Source: Acidobacteriota bacterium (GTDB lineage Bacteria > Acidobacteriota > UBA6911). Taken from it: a stretch of DNA of 64,000 nucleotides. The first letter of the stretch is position 1, and each line of letters begins with the position of its first letter. The notes under the pieces were generated by a model. That model made no database searches. It worked only from the letters and a program-made list of their open reading frames with translations, and had not been told where the DNA came from. The translations under genes were made by a program, and so were the position numbers. The stretch lies in the NCBI GenBank assembly GCA_963664705.1, contig OY761556.1, positions 1,792,001 to 1,856,000 of the forward strand. Reading direction: 5' to 3'. Below, one piece after another: positions 30,272 to 40,223 of the stretch.

Positions 30272-30982
30272 ATGGCTGTCCAGAAAATATATTCCAATTG
30301 CGCCTCCGCCGTGGCGGATATTTTCGACGGCGCCGTCATCATGATCGGGGGATTCGGTTCTTTTGGAGGATTGCCCACGCACTTGATTATGGCTTTGGCG
30401 GAACAGGGGGCGAAAAACCTGACCGTTATTGCCAACCAGGGTGGTGTCGGGTTTGAGCTAAGCAAAAAGATAAAGCCGGGTGGGTATCCGGATATTGGCG
30501 CATTGTATGCCAAAGACCAGGTAAGAAAGTTTATCGGATCGGTTCCAGCCCTGGGTGGAATGCCTCCGAATTCTCCCATCGAGGTGGGTCATCGCGAAGG
30601 GAAAGTCGAGATCGAAATGGTTCCTCAGGGAACGTTGGCAGAGAGGATTCGTGCGGGCGCCGGCGGATTGGGGGGATTTTACACACCCACCGGTGTAGGG
30701 ACACCGGTGGAGGCTGGGAAAGAGAAGAAGATCATTAACGGCCGGGAATACCTTTTGGAATTGCCCCTGACCGCTGATTTTGCCTTAATAAAGGCTCACA
30801 AGGCGGACACGCTGGGAAATCTTGTGTATAGAGGGACGGCACGATGCTTCAATCCCGTAATGGCCATGGCTGCCAAAACGACTATCGTTGAAGTGGATGA
30901 GATTGTGCAGCCGGGCGAACTGGATCCGGAATGCATCGCCACCCCGCATCTGTTTGTGCGCCGTATCGTGGAGGTGAAATAA
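30272..30982 (+). CDS. 3-oxoacid CoA-transferase subunit A (family I)
   Basis: IMIGGFG, PQGTLAERIRAGAGG, FYTPTGVGT and ADTLGNL. Confidence 0.93.
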   Translation: MAVQKIYSNCASAVADIFDGAVIMIGGFGSFGGLPTHLIMALAEQGAKNLTVIANQGGVGFELSKKIKPGGYPDIGALYAKDQVRKFIGSVPALGGMPPNSPIEVGHREGKVEIEMVPQGTLAERIRAGAGGLGGFYTPTGVGTPVEAGKEKKIINGREYLLELPLTADFALIKAHKADTLGNLVYRGTARCFNPVMAMAAKTTIVEVDEIVQPGELDPECIATPHLFVRRIVEVK

Positions 30983-31644
30983 TGAAGACGCGCCTTGATG
31001 AACAGACGATTGCTTTGAGAGTAGCCTGCGAATTTGAAGACGGCATGGTCATAAACCTCGGATACGGCATGCCCGGGCTTTGCGCCAATCTGATTCCGGA
31101 TGACAAGACCATTTATTTTCATGCGGAAAACGGAGTTCTCGGTTACGGATCGCTTGGAAACGATCAGGATAAGGATTACGAATTAATCAATGCCTCAGAC
31201 CAGCCCGTCATGCGAATGCCGGGGATGTGTTTCTTCGATAGCGCGGCTTCGTTTGACATGATTCGCGGCGGACATGTCGACCTGGTGGTTCTGGGAGCCT
31301 ACCAGGTATCAAAAAATGGAGATCTTGCCAATTGGGGACGTCCCGGAAGACCCGCCACCGGCATGGGCGGGGCAATGGACCTTGCTGCCGGATGCAGACG
31401 ACTGCTTGTAATGATGCTGCATACGACAAAGGAGGGCGGGGCTCGCATTGTCAACGAGTGCAGTTTTCCGCTGACAGCCAAGGGCTGCGTTCACAAGATC
31501 TTTACCGACATCTCGGTCATAGATGTCACAGATAAGGGATTGGTCTTGAGGGAGGTAGCTCCGGGTTGGACCGCTGCGGACGTTCAGGAACTTACAGAGG
31601 CCAAGCTGATCATTGCCGATGATTTGAAGGAAATGAGCTTTTAG
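30982..31644 (+). CDS. 3-oxoacid CoA-transferase subunit B
   Basis: NLGYGMP, catalytic AENG, IRGGHVD, GDLANW and GMGGAMDLA; TAATG coupling. Confidence 0.93.
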   Translation: MKTRLDEQTIALRVACEFEDGMVINLGYGMPGLCANLIPDDKTIYFHAENGVLGYGSLGNDQDKDYELINASDQPVMRMPGMCFFDSAASFDMIRGGHVDLVVLGAYQVSKNGDLANWGRPGRPATGMGGAMDLAAGCRRLLVMMLHTTKEGGARIVNECSFPLTAKGCVHKIFTDISVIDVTDKGLVLREVAPGWTAADVQELTEAKLIIADDLKEMSF

Positions 31645-31662
31645 GTGAAGCCGCTGCAGCGT

Positions 31663-31699
31663 CACGAATTTCACGAGGCCATCCCCGTGAAATTCGTGG
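31663..31699. terminator. Inverted repeat between convergent genes
   Basis: 13-bp stem cacgaatttcacg / cgtgaaattcgtg. Confidence 0.55.
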
Positions 31700-31713
31700 T
31701 CCCTGCGCTGTTC

Positions 31714-32472
31714 TTAGTGCATCGACAGACCGCCATCATGAACAATCAACTGGCCCGTCACCAGTTTGCTGTCGTCGGTGGCCAGATATAAAGCCGTCCC
31801 AACAAGATCCTGTGGGTAGGTGGGGCGTTTGAAGCTGCGAAGCGGAATTTGCAGATCGTCGAGCGGCACACCGGGAAACTTTTTGTCTCGGTCAAACTCA
31901 TCGCCGCCTTCTGAATGCGTAAAGCCGGGGGCTATCGAGTTCACGTTGATATTATAATCTCCCAGCTCGCGTGCCATGCCGCGCGTGAGCGCAATCACAG
32001 CCCCTTTTGAGGCAATATAGTGGGGCAGACCCGCAACACCCTCAAAGACGGTGGCTGAAGCGATATTGATAATCTTCCCGCCTTTTTCCTTCATATAGGG
32101 GAAGACTGCCTTGATGCAGTGAAAGGGACCGAGTGCGTTGGTATCCATGATGTCTTTCCACTCTTCCGTTGAAACCTCCCAGAAGGGCTTGATTTGTACC
32201 AGCACTCCGGCGTCATTGAGCAGGATGTCGATAGCTCCGAACTTGTCCACGGCCGCTTGCGCCAGAGCATTGCATTGCTCCTGGAAACGGACATCAGTCT
32301 TCACATAGAGAGCCTGGCCCCCAGCCTTTTCGATTGTACGCACCGTATTTTGTCCGTCACGAATGTCTCCAATGACGACTTTGGCTCCTTCTTTTGCAAA
32401 ACCCTCGGCAAAGGCGGCGCCGAGTCCCCGGGCTGCTCCGGTGACAATTGCAACTTTATTTTTCAATCTCAT
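31714..32472 (-). CDS. SDR family oxidoreductase
   Basis: TGAARGLG, YIASK and NSIAPG. Start reassigned to MRLKNK. Confidence 0.92.
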   Translation of the reverse strand: MRLKNKVAIVTGAARGLGAAFAEGFAKEGAKVVIGDIRDGQNTVRTIEKAGGQALYVKTDVRFQEQCNALAQAAVDKFGAIDILLNDAGVLVQIKPFWEVSTEEWKDIMDTNALGPFHCIKAVFPYMKEKGGKIINIASATVFEGVAGLPHYIASKGAVIALTRGMARELGDYNINVNSIAPGFTHSEGGDEFDRDKKFPGVPLDDLQIPLRSFKRPTYPQDLVGTALYLATDDSKLVTGQLIVHDGGLSMH

Positions 32473-32595
32473 CGCAATCCCCTCCCATCCAGATGAATGC
32501 TTCAAGCCAAACGTATATGGAAATTTGCCAGAACGCGATTTTATAGCGGAATGAAGGATTCCAAGAAGAAAATAAATGCAGATATAGGCAGGCCG

Positions 32596-33654
32596 CTAGG
32601 GCTCATTCAGAGCAATTTGGTAGGCGTGGATCAGACCATCCGCTTCGTTTTCGGGGCTTGCGAGTTTCAATGCACGCTGGCATGCGGCTTCCGCGAGCGT
32701 TTTGCGGATCTCCGCATCATCGATCAGGCGCACAGCTTTTTCGACAAAATCTGCCGGAGAGTGCAGATCGAAATAACATCCCGAATTGTCTATGCCATCC
32801 TCTTGGAAAAAGGGATGTCTGTTTCCAGGGATATCGGAGGCAAGAAAAGGCTTTCCGGCTACCATGGCTTCCAGCAGGGAATTAGAAAGCCCTTCCGACA
32901 GCGATGCATTGAGCACAATATCCGAGGAGGCATACGCGGCATGCATTCGTGCAGGTGGAATGGCCCCTAACCAGAATGCAAATGCAGACTGGCGCTTGAT
33001 TTCAGATTCAAATTGCAGGGCATAGGCATTATCGATAGCCGGACCGGCCGCCACGAATCTCGTTTGCGGTCTTAATGAATGCACTGTCACCATGGATTGC
33101 AGGCATTCCACATTGCGCTTGACCGGGCGGATCCCCGCCGGCAGGAAGAAGAGAATGGTATCCGGCGCGCAATGGATGTGTTCGCGAAGATCAAGCGGCT
33201 CAGCGCCGAACCAACTGCAAGCTTTCGGGACAGAAATGAGCTTCGGGGACACCTCGGGAACAAAATCCCTGATCTTCTGCATGATTTCGGGGCTTTGACC
33301 CACAATCACCCGTGCCATTCGCATGATCTGAAGGATGCTTTCATGCTTTGCCGGACTCTCCAGATCCAGATTAATGTCCGTTCCACCAGGAGACAAAACG
33401 AGCGGGAGAGAGCATTTCGTTTTTTCCCAAAACCGCAGAAATAGAGCACCCGCCTTGAATGCATGGTAAACATGAATGAGATCCGGATGAAAACTTTGAA
33501 AGCTTTGCTCCAAGGACGCTAGATCTGATGCATGCGCGGAAACAATCTGAATATCGAGGCCTCGGCCTGTCAGCGACCGTCGCCAGCGCTCCGTGGTGAT
33601 GGCATTGCCGGTCAGGCTTGGAAAAGCAGAGGGCGTAATCAGCAGAATCCTCAT
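32596..33654 (-). CDS. GT4 glycosyltransferase, GLT1D1/SenB-like subfamily
   Basis: MRILLITP...GNAITTERW, GGTDIN, AGIRPVK and SEGLSNSLLEAM...SDIPGN; ATGA overlap with the upstream gene. Confidence 0.85.
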   Translation of the reverse strand: MRILLITPSAFPSLTGNAITTERWRRSLTGRGLDIQIVSAHASDLASLEQSFQSFHPDLIHVYHAFKAGALFLRFWEKTKCSLPLVLSPGGTDINLDLESPAKHESILQIMRMARVIVGQSPEIMQKIRDFVPEVSPKLISVPKACSWFGAEPLDLREHIHCAPDTILFFLPAGIRPVKRNVECLQSMVTVHSLRPQTRFVAAGPAIDNAYALQFESEIKRQSAFAFWLGAIPPARMHAAYASSDIVLNASLSEGLSNSLLEAMVAGKPFLASDIPGNRHPFFQEDGIDNSGCYFDLHSPADFVEKAVRLIDDAEIRKTLAEAACQRALKLASPENEADGLIHAYQIALNEP

Positions 33655-34517
33655 CGGGAAATCGGTGCCTCTGGAAATGGTGTAAGTTCGACGCCGGTTT
33701 CTATTATAGCCCTTAAAAATGAGCCATCGGACAATGCTTTCAGTTCTCTTTCTCTATCAAAAGTGGAAAAGGTCGAAAAAGGGCCGCGAGTGGAATTCTC
33801 CGCATGTCCGGGGTGCACCATCATTTCCGTTAATCCGGGAGAGAGATCCCGGAGGAACTCTGACCAGCTTTCCCCTGGAAGCCTTCCCTTAAAAAAGAGC
33901 CCGCAAAAATGATCCGGAGCCCAAAGACCGGATTCCCGTATCCTGTGCCGAGCAGCCTTTGCATGGCGGCTGAACATGAGCGCCTCGTCGAGTTCCAAAG
34001 GAGAAAGATCCCGGATTTTGCTGGGAGTGGGTTCTTCATCCGCAATGCGAAGCCATGCAATGCCATGTGCCTTGGCTTCCACCAAAACAATTTCAAGAGC
34101 CGCAGGGAAAAAGTGCAGGTGCTGATGTCCGTCGAGATGGTCTGCCCGGATGCCATGATCCCTGAGCCTGGCAATCTGCGCCCGAAGCTCGGTTCGTATT
34201 TCAACTCCAACTTCCGCGCTGCCAGTATTTTGCAGTACCTGCTGGGCTCCCTTTTTCCCCAGGAAACACCCATCCGGTCCTGTCAGATGTTTGAGTCCGG
34301 GTGTAAGAGGCCTGCCTTCTGAAAGATTGAGATGAAGGCCGATCGAAATGGGATGCAATCGCGAAGACTTGATGCCGTCAAGAGCGTCTTCAAAGGCCGG
34401 TCCATTCGTGAGAATGCTGATGCTGGTAATAGTTCCGCACTTGATGGCGGCGATAATTCCCGCATTTCTGGCTTCATCGGCTCCAAGATCATCTGCATTT
34501 ACGATAAGGCGTCTCAT
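33651..34517 (-). CDS. YdjC/ChbG/HpnK family carbohydrate deacetylase
   Basis: LIVNADDLG, GLHLNLSEG, HLDGHQHLH and EMMVHPG; ATGA overlaps at both ends. Confidence 0.92.
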   Translation of the reverse strand: MRRLIVNADDLGADEARNAGIIAAIKCGTITSISILTNGPAFEDALDGIKSSRLHPISIGLHLNLSEGRPLTPGLKHLTGPDGCFLGKKGAQQVLQNTGSAEVGVEIRTELRAQIARLRDHGIRADHLDGHQHLHFFPAALEIVLVEAKAHGIAWLRIADEEPTPSKIRDLSPLELDEALMFSRHAKAARHRIRESGLWAPDHFCGLFFKGRLPGESWSEFLRDLSPGLTEMMVHPGHAENSTRGPFSTFSTFDRERELKALSDGSFLRAIIETGVELTPFPEAPISR

Positions 34518-36184
34518 ATACCTGCAAGCCCCGCAGCGCGAAAAAAGTGATTGTAAAAACAGCCTTGTTCGCTCTTCATTTCCACGAACTCCGAAATCCC
34601 CGAGAGGCGAAGGGCCTGCAAATACGCGTAAAGTCCATCATCAAGAGCATCATACTCTGCTTTGGTAAACGGGCGCTCGGTTCTGAGCACAAGGCTTACT
34701 TGCTTAAAGGCATTTCCCAACCGTTCCCGGATTTGATGGGGATTGGCAAGGGAAATGGCGAGAAGCCATAGTCTTCCGGATTCTGCTTTCAGAAATCGGG
34801 GGGCCTGTTCAATGATACTGGAAAGGTGGTTTGTTCCATCGGTGCCCCCATATTTGGGCCCAAATGGGCGAAATCCAGGTGTTTGCGGCGGTGTTGCCAG
34901 GATGACGTCAAACAGGGTTGCGTTGCCGGACGATGCGCTTGCACTCAGAGCATCAAACCAGGAGCCGGCACAGAACTCAATACGGTCGGCCACTCCATTG
35001 CGGTGCGCGTTATCCATGGCGGATTCCAGCGCTTCGGAATCAAGATCGGTGGCGACAACGCGACGGGCTCCCATTTTGGCCGCAGCGATGGCAAGCAGTC
35101 CGGAACCACATCCAAGATCGAGAACTTCGTCACCGGGATGGACGTCAAGAATGCGGGCCAACTCAATCGTTGATTCCGGTGGAGGATGCACTCCCTGCGG
35201 TATTACCAGTTCTATGCTGCCCGCGGGAATGGCTACCTCCACAATGCTCTTTTTCGGGACCTGAAGGCCGCAATAGCGACGCTGGGCGGCTGTCAACATC
35301 TGCTCCACCAGTCCGGGATAGCTGACCCCCGCCCATTGAGCGGAGGTAGCCAGGGCCTCCATGGGCTCGAGGCTGGGAGTTGTATTCGCTTCTAAAAAAA
35401 ATGGGCAACCTTCCGTCGATAGCCGCAGATCAAACCTGGCGTAATCCTGAAGCCCCAAGGCGAAGAATGCTTTTTTTGCAAAATCTTTTAGCTGGGCATC
35501 CAGTTTGCCGCCGAGATCGGCGGGGGCGCATTTATGAGCTTCATGGGTAGCCTCCATGAGTTTGAAATCCTCACTCAGAATTTCCGTTCCGACTTGCCAT
35601 TCGAGAATCGGAAATACTTCAAGGTGGCTTGAATTTCCTACCAGGGAAATTGCCAATTCGCGCCCGGGAATGAACGACTCGACGAGAATGGGCTGCTTGA
35701 GGAGTTCAAACTGGCGTGCAACTTCTGCGTATGCCTCCGGCACTGAATGGATCAGGCGAACCCCACGGCTCATGTGTTCAAACGCGGGTTTGATGATAAG
35801 GGGAGGGCGCAGCCACTCCGGGATTTGCCATTCCTTCGACTGAATGACAATGCCGGGAGGGGTGGGAATCCCTGCCTGCGATAGGACACGCTTGGATGCA
35901 GCTTTGTTATCGGCGATAAGACAGGATTTTGCAGAGGACCCTACAATGCGCGCCATACAGCTTTCAAGCAACAGGCGCACAAACGGTCGATATAGGCCGC
36001 GTCCCAGGTAGGTATCGGTATGATCGATGATGAAGTCGCATTCATGAGCAAGTAAAGACGCCTGCAACTCAATAGCGTTGGAGTCTGTGGTGAGGATTTC
36101 ATGCCCAAGCTCTTGCAGGCCAAGGGAAACGGATTCGGCGCATTGGCAGGGAGAGCCGACGGTATGAACAATTCCTATTTTCAT
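34514..36184 (-). CDS. Ddl-like ATP-grasp ligase fused to a class I SAM methyltransferase (PrmC/HemK-like)
   Basis: N-terminal IIKPAFEHMSRG, VESFIPGRE, YARFDLR and FLEANTTP; C-terminal VLDLGCGSGLLAI and DVILATPPQ. Confidence 0.85.
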   Translation of the reverse strand: MKIGIVHTVGSPCQCAESVSLGLQELGHEILTTDSNAIELQASLLAHECDFIIDHTDTYLGRGLYRPFVRLLLESCMARIVGSSAKSCLIADNKAASKRVLSQAGIPTPPGIVIQSKEWQIPEWLRPPLIIKPAFEHMSRGVRLIHSVPEAYAEVARQFELLKQPILVESFIPGRELAISLVGNSSHLEVFPILEWQVGTEILSEDFKLMEATHEAHKCAPADLGGKLDAQLKDFAKKAFFALGLQDYARFDLRLSTEGCPFFLEANTTPSLEPMEALATSAQWAGVSYPGLVEQMLTAAQRRYCGLQVPKKSIVEVAIPAGSIELVIPQGVHPPPESTIELARILDVHPGDEVLDLGCGSGLLAIAAAKMGARRVVATDLDSEALESAMDNAHRNGVADRIEFCAGSWFDALSASASSGNATLFDVILATPPQTPGFRPFGPKYGGTDGTNHLSSIIEQAPRFLKAESGRLWLLAISLANPHQIRERLGNAFKQVSLVLRTERPFTKAEYDALDDGLYAYLQALRLSGISEFVEMKSEQGCFYNHFFRAAGLAGI

Positions 36185-36420
36185 GCATATTCCTGGTGAA
36201 ATGGGGGATTGGGTCCGGTTGGCGTTCAGATCTATTCATCAATGGCGGGGCGGAACATATAGGCTTGCGCCAGCCAGTCGGCTACCTTTTCCAATTACGC
36301 TACGGTCCGTGCGTCAAATGCAACTGGCATTTAAATCGACATCTCCTCCGCATCCCGCAGAATCATACCGCCGGCGGCGCAGAGAGCACAAGGAATCGCA
36401 GAACAGAAAGACGCGGCGTC

Positions 36421-36804
36421 TTAAGCTCCCGTCATTTCCAGCGCGGTGCGAAGCAGCACTTCCGGCTTGACGGGCTTGTCCAACCAACGGTCGTGCGCGA
36501 AAAAGGTCGGGTCAATTTGGGAGCGGTAGTCATAGACATCGTTGACGCTCGTCATCATGACGACCGGAATTTGTTTGGTCTGAGGGGATTCCTTGAGTTT
36601 GCGAAGGCAATCGAGTCCGTCACTGATGTGTGACATAATGACATCCATAAGGATTAGGTCGGGGAGATTGGATTCGACAAGTTGAAGACAATCATTTCCG
36701 GAAAAGCCTGTCTTCACATTGAAATAGGGCGTCAGTACCGAAGTAGCGAACTCGACGATATCCGGATCATCATCGATTACAAATACTGTTTTGGGCTCAC
36801 GCAT
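36421..36804 (-). CDS. Single-domain response regulator
   Basis: VFVIDDD, LILMDVIM, MMTSV and LDKPV; RBS GGAGG. Confidence 0.88.
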   Translation of the reverse strand: MREPKTVFVIDDDPDIVEFATSVLTPYFNVKTGFSGNDCLQLVESNLPDLILMDVIMSHISDGLDCLRKLKESPQTKQIPVVMMTSVNDVYDYRSQIDPTFFAHDRWLDKPVKPEVLLRTALEMTGA

Positions 36805-37031
36805 CTAGACCTCCTGCCAGTTGAGTCCCCTTATAGGTTATTCCGTTCTGAGGAACAAGCGAAAAGCGTTGCGGGAAATGAAGGATATTGAGTGTTTTTG
36901 AAAGCCGGGCCAGAGTATGCTATGGAGGTAGAAGCCAAAAAAGCCCACGAAATTGAAATTCCTGTGAACTTTTAGCCGGCTCATTTTGTATATAGCTTGT
37001 GGAACATACACTCCTAATGAGGTCTGGAAAC

Positions 37032-37982
37032 ATGAGAATTCAATATTTTCAGCCGCTTTCCCGTGGTATTGAGAGGATGAAGAAGGATCTGTTCAAGCCG
37101 TTCGATTTAGGAAAGTGGTTTGTGATCGGATTTACCGCCTTCCTTGCCGGCTTTGGCGAGATGCGGTCTTCAGGAATCCCGAACTCCGGCTTTAGAAGGA
37201 GGTCCAACATAGGCGTTGAGGATGTGCTTTATTTCCCGCGAAAGGCTTGGGAATGGCTTGCCGGGCATCCCGGATGGGCAATGCTGATCTGCATTGGGCT
37301 TTGTCTGCTTTTTGTGATCGGGCTGATTTTCGCCTGGCTGAGTTCCCGGGGGAAATTCATGTTTCTTGACAATGTAGTGAGGAGCCAGGCTAAGGTTTCA
37401 GAATCGTGGCGTGAGTATAAAAGGGAAGGCAACTCGTTTTTCCTATGGAGCTTTGCATTGGGGCTGATTGTTCTGGCCACCATTATTGCCTATGTTACGT
37501 ACTGCTTCATGAGCTTTCAGGCTCTCTATGAAAAGACGGGTTCCAGCCAAGCCCTTCTTTTCCCGGCCATCCTCGCCGGTGCGGGCTTTATCGCAATAGC
37601 CATTCTGGGCAACTTTTTCAGCGTTTTACTCCGGGACTTTATCGTTCCGATCATGTACAGGGATCGCATTTCCACAATCGAAGCCATCCAGAAATTCAGC
37701 GTTCTTTTTTCGTCGTACTTTATCTATTTCCTGGGATATGCGCTATTTCTGCTGGCGTTGTGGGTTGCCGTCACGATGAGTGTAGTGGTTATAGGCTGCG
37801 CGACCTGCTGCATTGGCTTTATTATTCTGATGATTCCCTATATCAACGCTGTCGTACTGTTGCCAATCACCTATGCGATTCGGGCATTCAGCCTGGAATT
37901 TCTGGAGCAATTCGGCCCGGGATATGACATTTTTCCAAAACCGGAACTAAATCCGCCGGACGGGCAGACATTAGCGGTGTAA
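37032..37982 (+). CDS. Conserved multi-pass membrane protein
   Basis: Several hydrophobic helices; KPFDLGKWFVIGFTAFLA and SSRGKFMFLDNVV. Start uncertain. Confidence 0.7.
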   Translation: MRIQYFQPLSRGIERMKKDLFKPFDLGKWFVIGFTAFLAGFGEMRSSGIPNSGFRRRSNIGVEDVLYFPRKAWEWLAGHPGWAMLICIGLCLLFVIGLIFAWLSSRGKFMFLDNVVRSQAKVSESWREYKREGNSFFLWSFALGLIVLATIIAYVTYCFMSFQALYEKTGSSQALLFPAILAGAGFIAIAILGNFFSVLLRDFIVPIMYRDRISTIEAIQKFSVLFSSYFIYFLGYALFLLALWVAVTMSVVVIGCATCCIGFIILMIPYINAVVLLPITYAIRAFSLEFLEQFGPGYDIFPKPELNPPDGQTLAV

Positions 37983-37986
37983 CGGA

Positions 37987-38400
37987 ATGCGGTTCATTTC
38001 CTCCGTTCCTGTTTCATCCAGACGCCGGCAATTGATGGGCATCCTGGCAGCCGGGATGCTGGCGGCAGGGGCATTGCTGTTTGCGATCCCTCCCCCACGT
38101 CTGCCATTGCCTGAATGTACCTTTCGTCTGATAACCGGTCACAGTTGCCTTACCTGCGGGATGACTCGCTCCCTGCACGCGATATTGCACGGAGAATGGG
38201 TGGCGTCGATGCAATTTCATCTGTTTGGGCCCGCCGTAGGCATCGCTATGCTGATTGGCTTTGTGGCTTTTTGCGCGGAAATGATTCGCGGAAGGAAAAT
38301 TATAGTCCAGATCGACCGAACTGTCAGAAAGCAGGTTGTGGTCCTTTTTACCGCCAGTTGGTTGTTGTATTGGGGCATTCGCCTCTTTTCCGAATTCTGA
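37987..38400 (+). CDS. DUF2752 family membrane protein
   Basis: C.FR.ITG..C.TCGMTRS...ILHG motif. Confidence 0.8.
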   Translation: MRFISSVPVSSRRRQLMGILAAGMLAAGALLFAIPPPRLPLPECTFRLITGHSCLTCGMTRSLHAILHGEWVASMQFHLFGPAVGIAMLIGFVAFCAEMIRGRKIIVQIDRTVRKQVVVLFTASWLLYWGIRLFSEF

Positions 38401-38405
38401 GGGCC

Positions 38406-38438
38406 TACCGGGAACGCTCCCAGCAGGCGTTCCCGGTA
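38406..38438 (+). terminator. Stem-loop after the DUF2752 gene
   Basis: 12-bp inverted repeat taccgggaacgc / gcgttcccggta. Confidence 0.5.
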
Positions 38439-38537
38439 ATCGCCTCTCAATTGTTTGCCGCAGTGCAAAGTACCCACCGAATCTGGTATCTTTCAGCGTA
38501 CTTTTTTATGAGATTTATATAGCGAAAGGCCGGCACC

Positions 38538-40175
38538 ATGCACATGTTTTGCTACCAATGTCAGGAAACGGGGATGGAACGCGGCTGCCTATATTTTGGC
38601 GCCTGCGGGAAAACCGAGGAAACCGCAAATCTGCAGGATCTTCTGCTTCATGTTGTGCGCGGAATTGCGTTTTGGGCTGAGGACGGATTGTCCGAAGGGA
38701 AGGTAGATCGGGAAGTTGGCCTGTTCATATGCAAGGCACTTTTTTCTACTGTTACCAACACCAACTTTGATGCCGCTCGATTCGTCACGATGATACGGGA
38801 AGGGATCGAACTGAGGAATCGCGTGCGCGGCATTCACAACCGGATGCCGGCTGATTTGATCCCCGATTCCGCGGCCTGGGAATCGGATGATGCGGAGGCC
38901 ATTCAACGCAAGTCTCTTTCGATTGACATTCGCAGCCAGAAGGATACGGACTTGCGCTCGATGCAGGAGCTTACGATCTATGGACTGAAGGGGGCCGGGG
39001 CTTTTGCTTTGCATGCAGCGGCACTTGGCTTCCATGACGATTCCATCTTTGAATTCATGATCCGGGCATTCGCGGCCATGAATCGCGAGCAAAGCGAAGC
39101 GCAGCTGGAAGATGCGGCCATCGGAGCGGGAAAAGTCATGATTGCTGCAATGGCGTTGCTCGATGAAGCAAATGTTCATACCTATGGCGTGCCCGAGATA
39201 ACGCAGATTCCGATTGGAGTCGGGAGTCGGCCGGGGATCCTGGTAACGGGACACGACCTCAAAGACCTCGAGGAACTACTCGAACAGAGCAAGGAAAAAG
39301 GGATCGATATTTATACGCACAGCGAAATGTGGGCGGCGCATCAATATCCTTTCTTCAAGAAGTACAAGCATCTCGCAGGTAACTACGGGAATGCCTGGTG
39401 GATGCAGGATGCCGAATTCGCAAGCTTTAACGGGCCAATCCTGGTTACATCCAACTGCATCATTCCGGTGGCTTCAGCCTACAAAGATCGGATTTATACG
39501 ACAGGAGTGGCTGGATATCCCGGTATTCCTCATATTGAGGAAGCGAAGGCCGGCTCCCCGAAGGATTTTTCCGCGCTGATCGAAATCGCTCAAAAATGTG
39601 CGCCTCCCGAAGCTCTGGATAAAGGCGAAATCACCGGCGGATTTTCACACTATGTTGTTGTTCCGCTCGCCAATACAATTCTGGATGCGGTGCGTGCCGG
39701 CAAAATAAAAAAATTCGTGGTTATGGGTGGGTGTGATGGACGCGATCAGCGGAGGGTATATTTCTCAGATCTCGCTCAGGCTCTGCCGAAAGATACTATT
39801 ATCCTTTCCGCGGGTTGCGCAAAATACCGATTCATCAAGATGCCGCTGGGATCCATTGATGGCATTCCGCGCGTGCTGGATGCCGGACAGTGTAACGACT
39901 GCTATTCGCTCGTGCGCATCGCCCTGGCGCTGCAGGAGGCGACCGGGGCGGCAAGTATCAACGATCTGCCGATAGCGCTGGATATTGCCTGGTACGATCA
40001 GAAAGCGGTAGGTGTCATTTTAGCCCTGGCAGCCCTGGGCGTAAAAGGAATACGCATCGGTCCCAGCCTGCCCGCGTTTCTGCAGACCGATGCCGGCCGT
40101 CGCTTCATGAATAAGTACGATATTTTCTGCACTCGGAGTGTGGAAGAGGATTTGGCGGCTATCGTCGGCGCATAA
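38538..40175 (+). CDS. hcp: Hybrid cluster protein (hydroxylamine/NO reductase)
   Basis: MFCYQCQET...GC...GACGK cubane motif, GHDL, THSEM, TSNC, GGCDG, AGCAKYR and GQCND. Confidence 0.95.
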   Translation: MHMFCYQCQETGMERGCLYFGACGKTEETANLQDLLLHVVRGIAFWAEDGLSEGKVDREVGLFICKALFSTVTNTNFDAARFVTMIREGIELRNRVRGIHNRMPADLIPDSAAWESDDAEAIQRKSLSIDIRSQKDTDLRSMQELTIYGLKGAGAFALHAAALGFHDDSIFEFMIRAFAAMNREQSEAQLEDAAIGAGKVMIAAMALLDEANVHTYGVPEITQIPIGVGSRPGILVTGHDLKDLEELLEQSKEKGIDIYTHSEMWAAHQYPFFKKYKHLAGNYGNAWWMQDAEFASFNGPILVTSNCIIPVASAYKDRIYTTGVAGYPGIPHIEEAKAGSPKDFSALIEIAQKCAPPEALDKGEITGGFSHYVVVPLANTILDAVRAGKIKKFVVMGGCDGRDQRRVYFSDLAQALPKDTIILSAGCAKYRFIKMPLGSIDGIPRVLDAGQCNDCYSLVRIALALQEATGAASINDLPIALDIAWYDQKAVGVILALAALGVKGIRIGPSLPAFLQTDAGRRFMNKYDIFCTRSVEEDLAAIVGA

Positions 40176-40223
40176 ATGAAATGGGACTTGTCGCTCGTTT
40201 TGTGGTGAGCCCCGCGAAAATTC

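Noticed and set aside
32596-33654. Selenoneine biosynthesis SenB
   Set aside because: The N-terminus is similar, but it has EGLSNS rather than the EGGA-type motif I recall for SenB, and no senA or senC is adjacent.
34514-36184. Housekeeping D-Ala-D-Ala ligase (ddl)
   Set aside because: It lacks the GG.S.E and HG..GEDG motifs, is fused to a methyltransferase and is not in a cell-wall cluster.
36300-36353. Small ORF MRRRCRFKCQLHLTHGP upstream of the ATP-grasp operon as a precursor peptide
   Set aside because: It has no RBS and no repeated core, and the ligase is Ddl-like rather than RimK/graspetide-like.
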